A program made the position numbers and the translations under genes. This document shows, one piece after another, positions 63,266-64,000 of a DNA stretch of 64,000 nt (its first letter is position 1; every line of letters begins with the position of its first letter). Source of the stretch: a virus; IMG/VR virus record IMGVR_UViG_3300025141_016680, positions 34,045-98,044 of that record; one strand, written 5' to 3'. The notes under the pieces were generated by a model that made no database searches, had not been told where the DNA came from, and was given only the letters and a program-made list of their open reading frames with translations.

Positions 63266-63826
63266 TCAGCTCTGATCTTTTATTGTTTGACCGCCTGCTC
63301 CCGGTCGAATACCCACAGACGCTGCTGTCTCTGGTGAGATCACCCACTGTGGTCTCACTCCTGTCTCGTCGGTGAATTGCTTGATGATATCATCCACCTC
63401 CCAGCTCATGGGATTATCCTCGAGGTAGTACCTTATATCCGCCACCCGCATCTCACTGGCAACTCCCATCACGATGTTCTTGAGGTACCAGGGGTACACG
63501 TCGGATATCTTCTCATCCGGCAGGAGGTAACGCTCCTCAGGAGCACCCAGACCTCTGATCGCTGCGAGCTCTGGATTCAGCCTGACCAGATCATCGACGA
63601 TGGCGTTGTAGAAACCTGTGGCCTCTTGTGGATCACGTGGCTCCTCCCCCATAATGTGGACCTGAAGTGCCTCTGGTGAGCTGAACTCAGGCGGTAGCTT
63701 GTAGCTGCGGATCATGTTGATCCCAGTCTTCTCGTAGAAGTCACGAGGAGGAGACATGTATTGAAACTCCTCGGCCGCAGCTTCCTCTGACAGGATCTCC
63801 CTGATGTACTCTCGAAGAAGGCTCAT
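63266..63826 (-). CDS. Leader-bearing hypothetical protein
   Basis: MSLLREYIREILSEE. Confidence 0.75.
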   Translation of the reverse strand: MSLLREYIREILSEEAAAEEFQYMSPPRDFYEKTGINMIRSYKLPPEFSSPEALQVHIMGEEPRDPQEATGFYNAIVDDLVRLNPELAAIRGLGAPEERYLLPDEKISDVYPWYLKNIVMGVASEMRVADIRYYLEDNPMSWEVDDIIKQFTDETGVRPQWVISPETAASVGIRPGAGGQTIKDQS

Positions 63827-64000
63827 GACTATCTGCTCCCGCTACATCTATACATATCCCGGGAGCTCTGATCTTTTATGGATCATCAGTCAGCGAGCAG
63901 GTCTCCTACACTGGCGATCTCCTTCAGGCTCTCTAGTATGATGATCCTCACCGGATTTCTTTTCTGCACGTCCTCCATCTTGTGTCTCGCTGCGTCAGTC

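Noticed and set aside
1-64000. Alternative genetic code (stop-codon reassignment), as in some huge phages
   Set aside because: Conserved genes are full length under the standard code, and TAA, TAG and TGA all end genes at expected positions.

Overview
This window looks like part of a large (jumbo/huge) tailed-phage genome, not a bacterial chromosome. It is gene-dense, almost entirely on the minus strand and uses the standard genetic code. Zone 1 (1-13.5 kb, AT-rich): a nucleotide-sugar and glycosyltransferase cluster (carbamoyltransferase, gmd, six GT-like genes, B12 radical SAM, DegT aminotransferase, epimerase, rmlC, GNAT), with no flippase or polymerase in the window. Zone 2 (13.6-22.8 kb): tail-fibre-like genes, including a 2432-aa protein with about 20 Ser/Thr-rich 63-75-aa repeats. 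Zone 3 (22.8-35 kb): host-like auxiliary genes (PIN-PhoH, stand-alone sigma4 HTH, tubulin/FtsZ-family GTPase, an intact tmRNA, Hc1-like histone, a degenerate GroEL, YeaG/YcgB/YeaH, Nudix, cupin, trypsin-like protease). Zone 4 (33.6-46.3 kb, overlapping the end of zone 3, and 62.4-63.8 kb): about 11 unrelated proteins that share an N-terminal amphipathic leader, M-K-I-S/T-x-x-Q/E-L-R-x-L/I-I-x-E-E, mostly behind an ATAnTTA box. I propose this is a capsid-targeting, protease-cleaved cargo-loading signal. Zone 5 (46.4-62.4 kb, visibly more GC-rich): an island of tiny ORFs carrying 22 copies of one promoter (C[G/A]TG[C/T]A-N18-TAnnAT), bracketed by two non-coding repeat or palindrome blocks. It is a candidate long terminal repeat / host-takeover module. 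All function calls come from recognising motifs by eye; no database searches were run.
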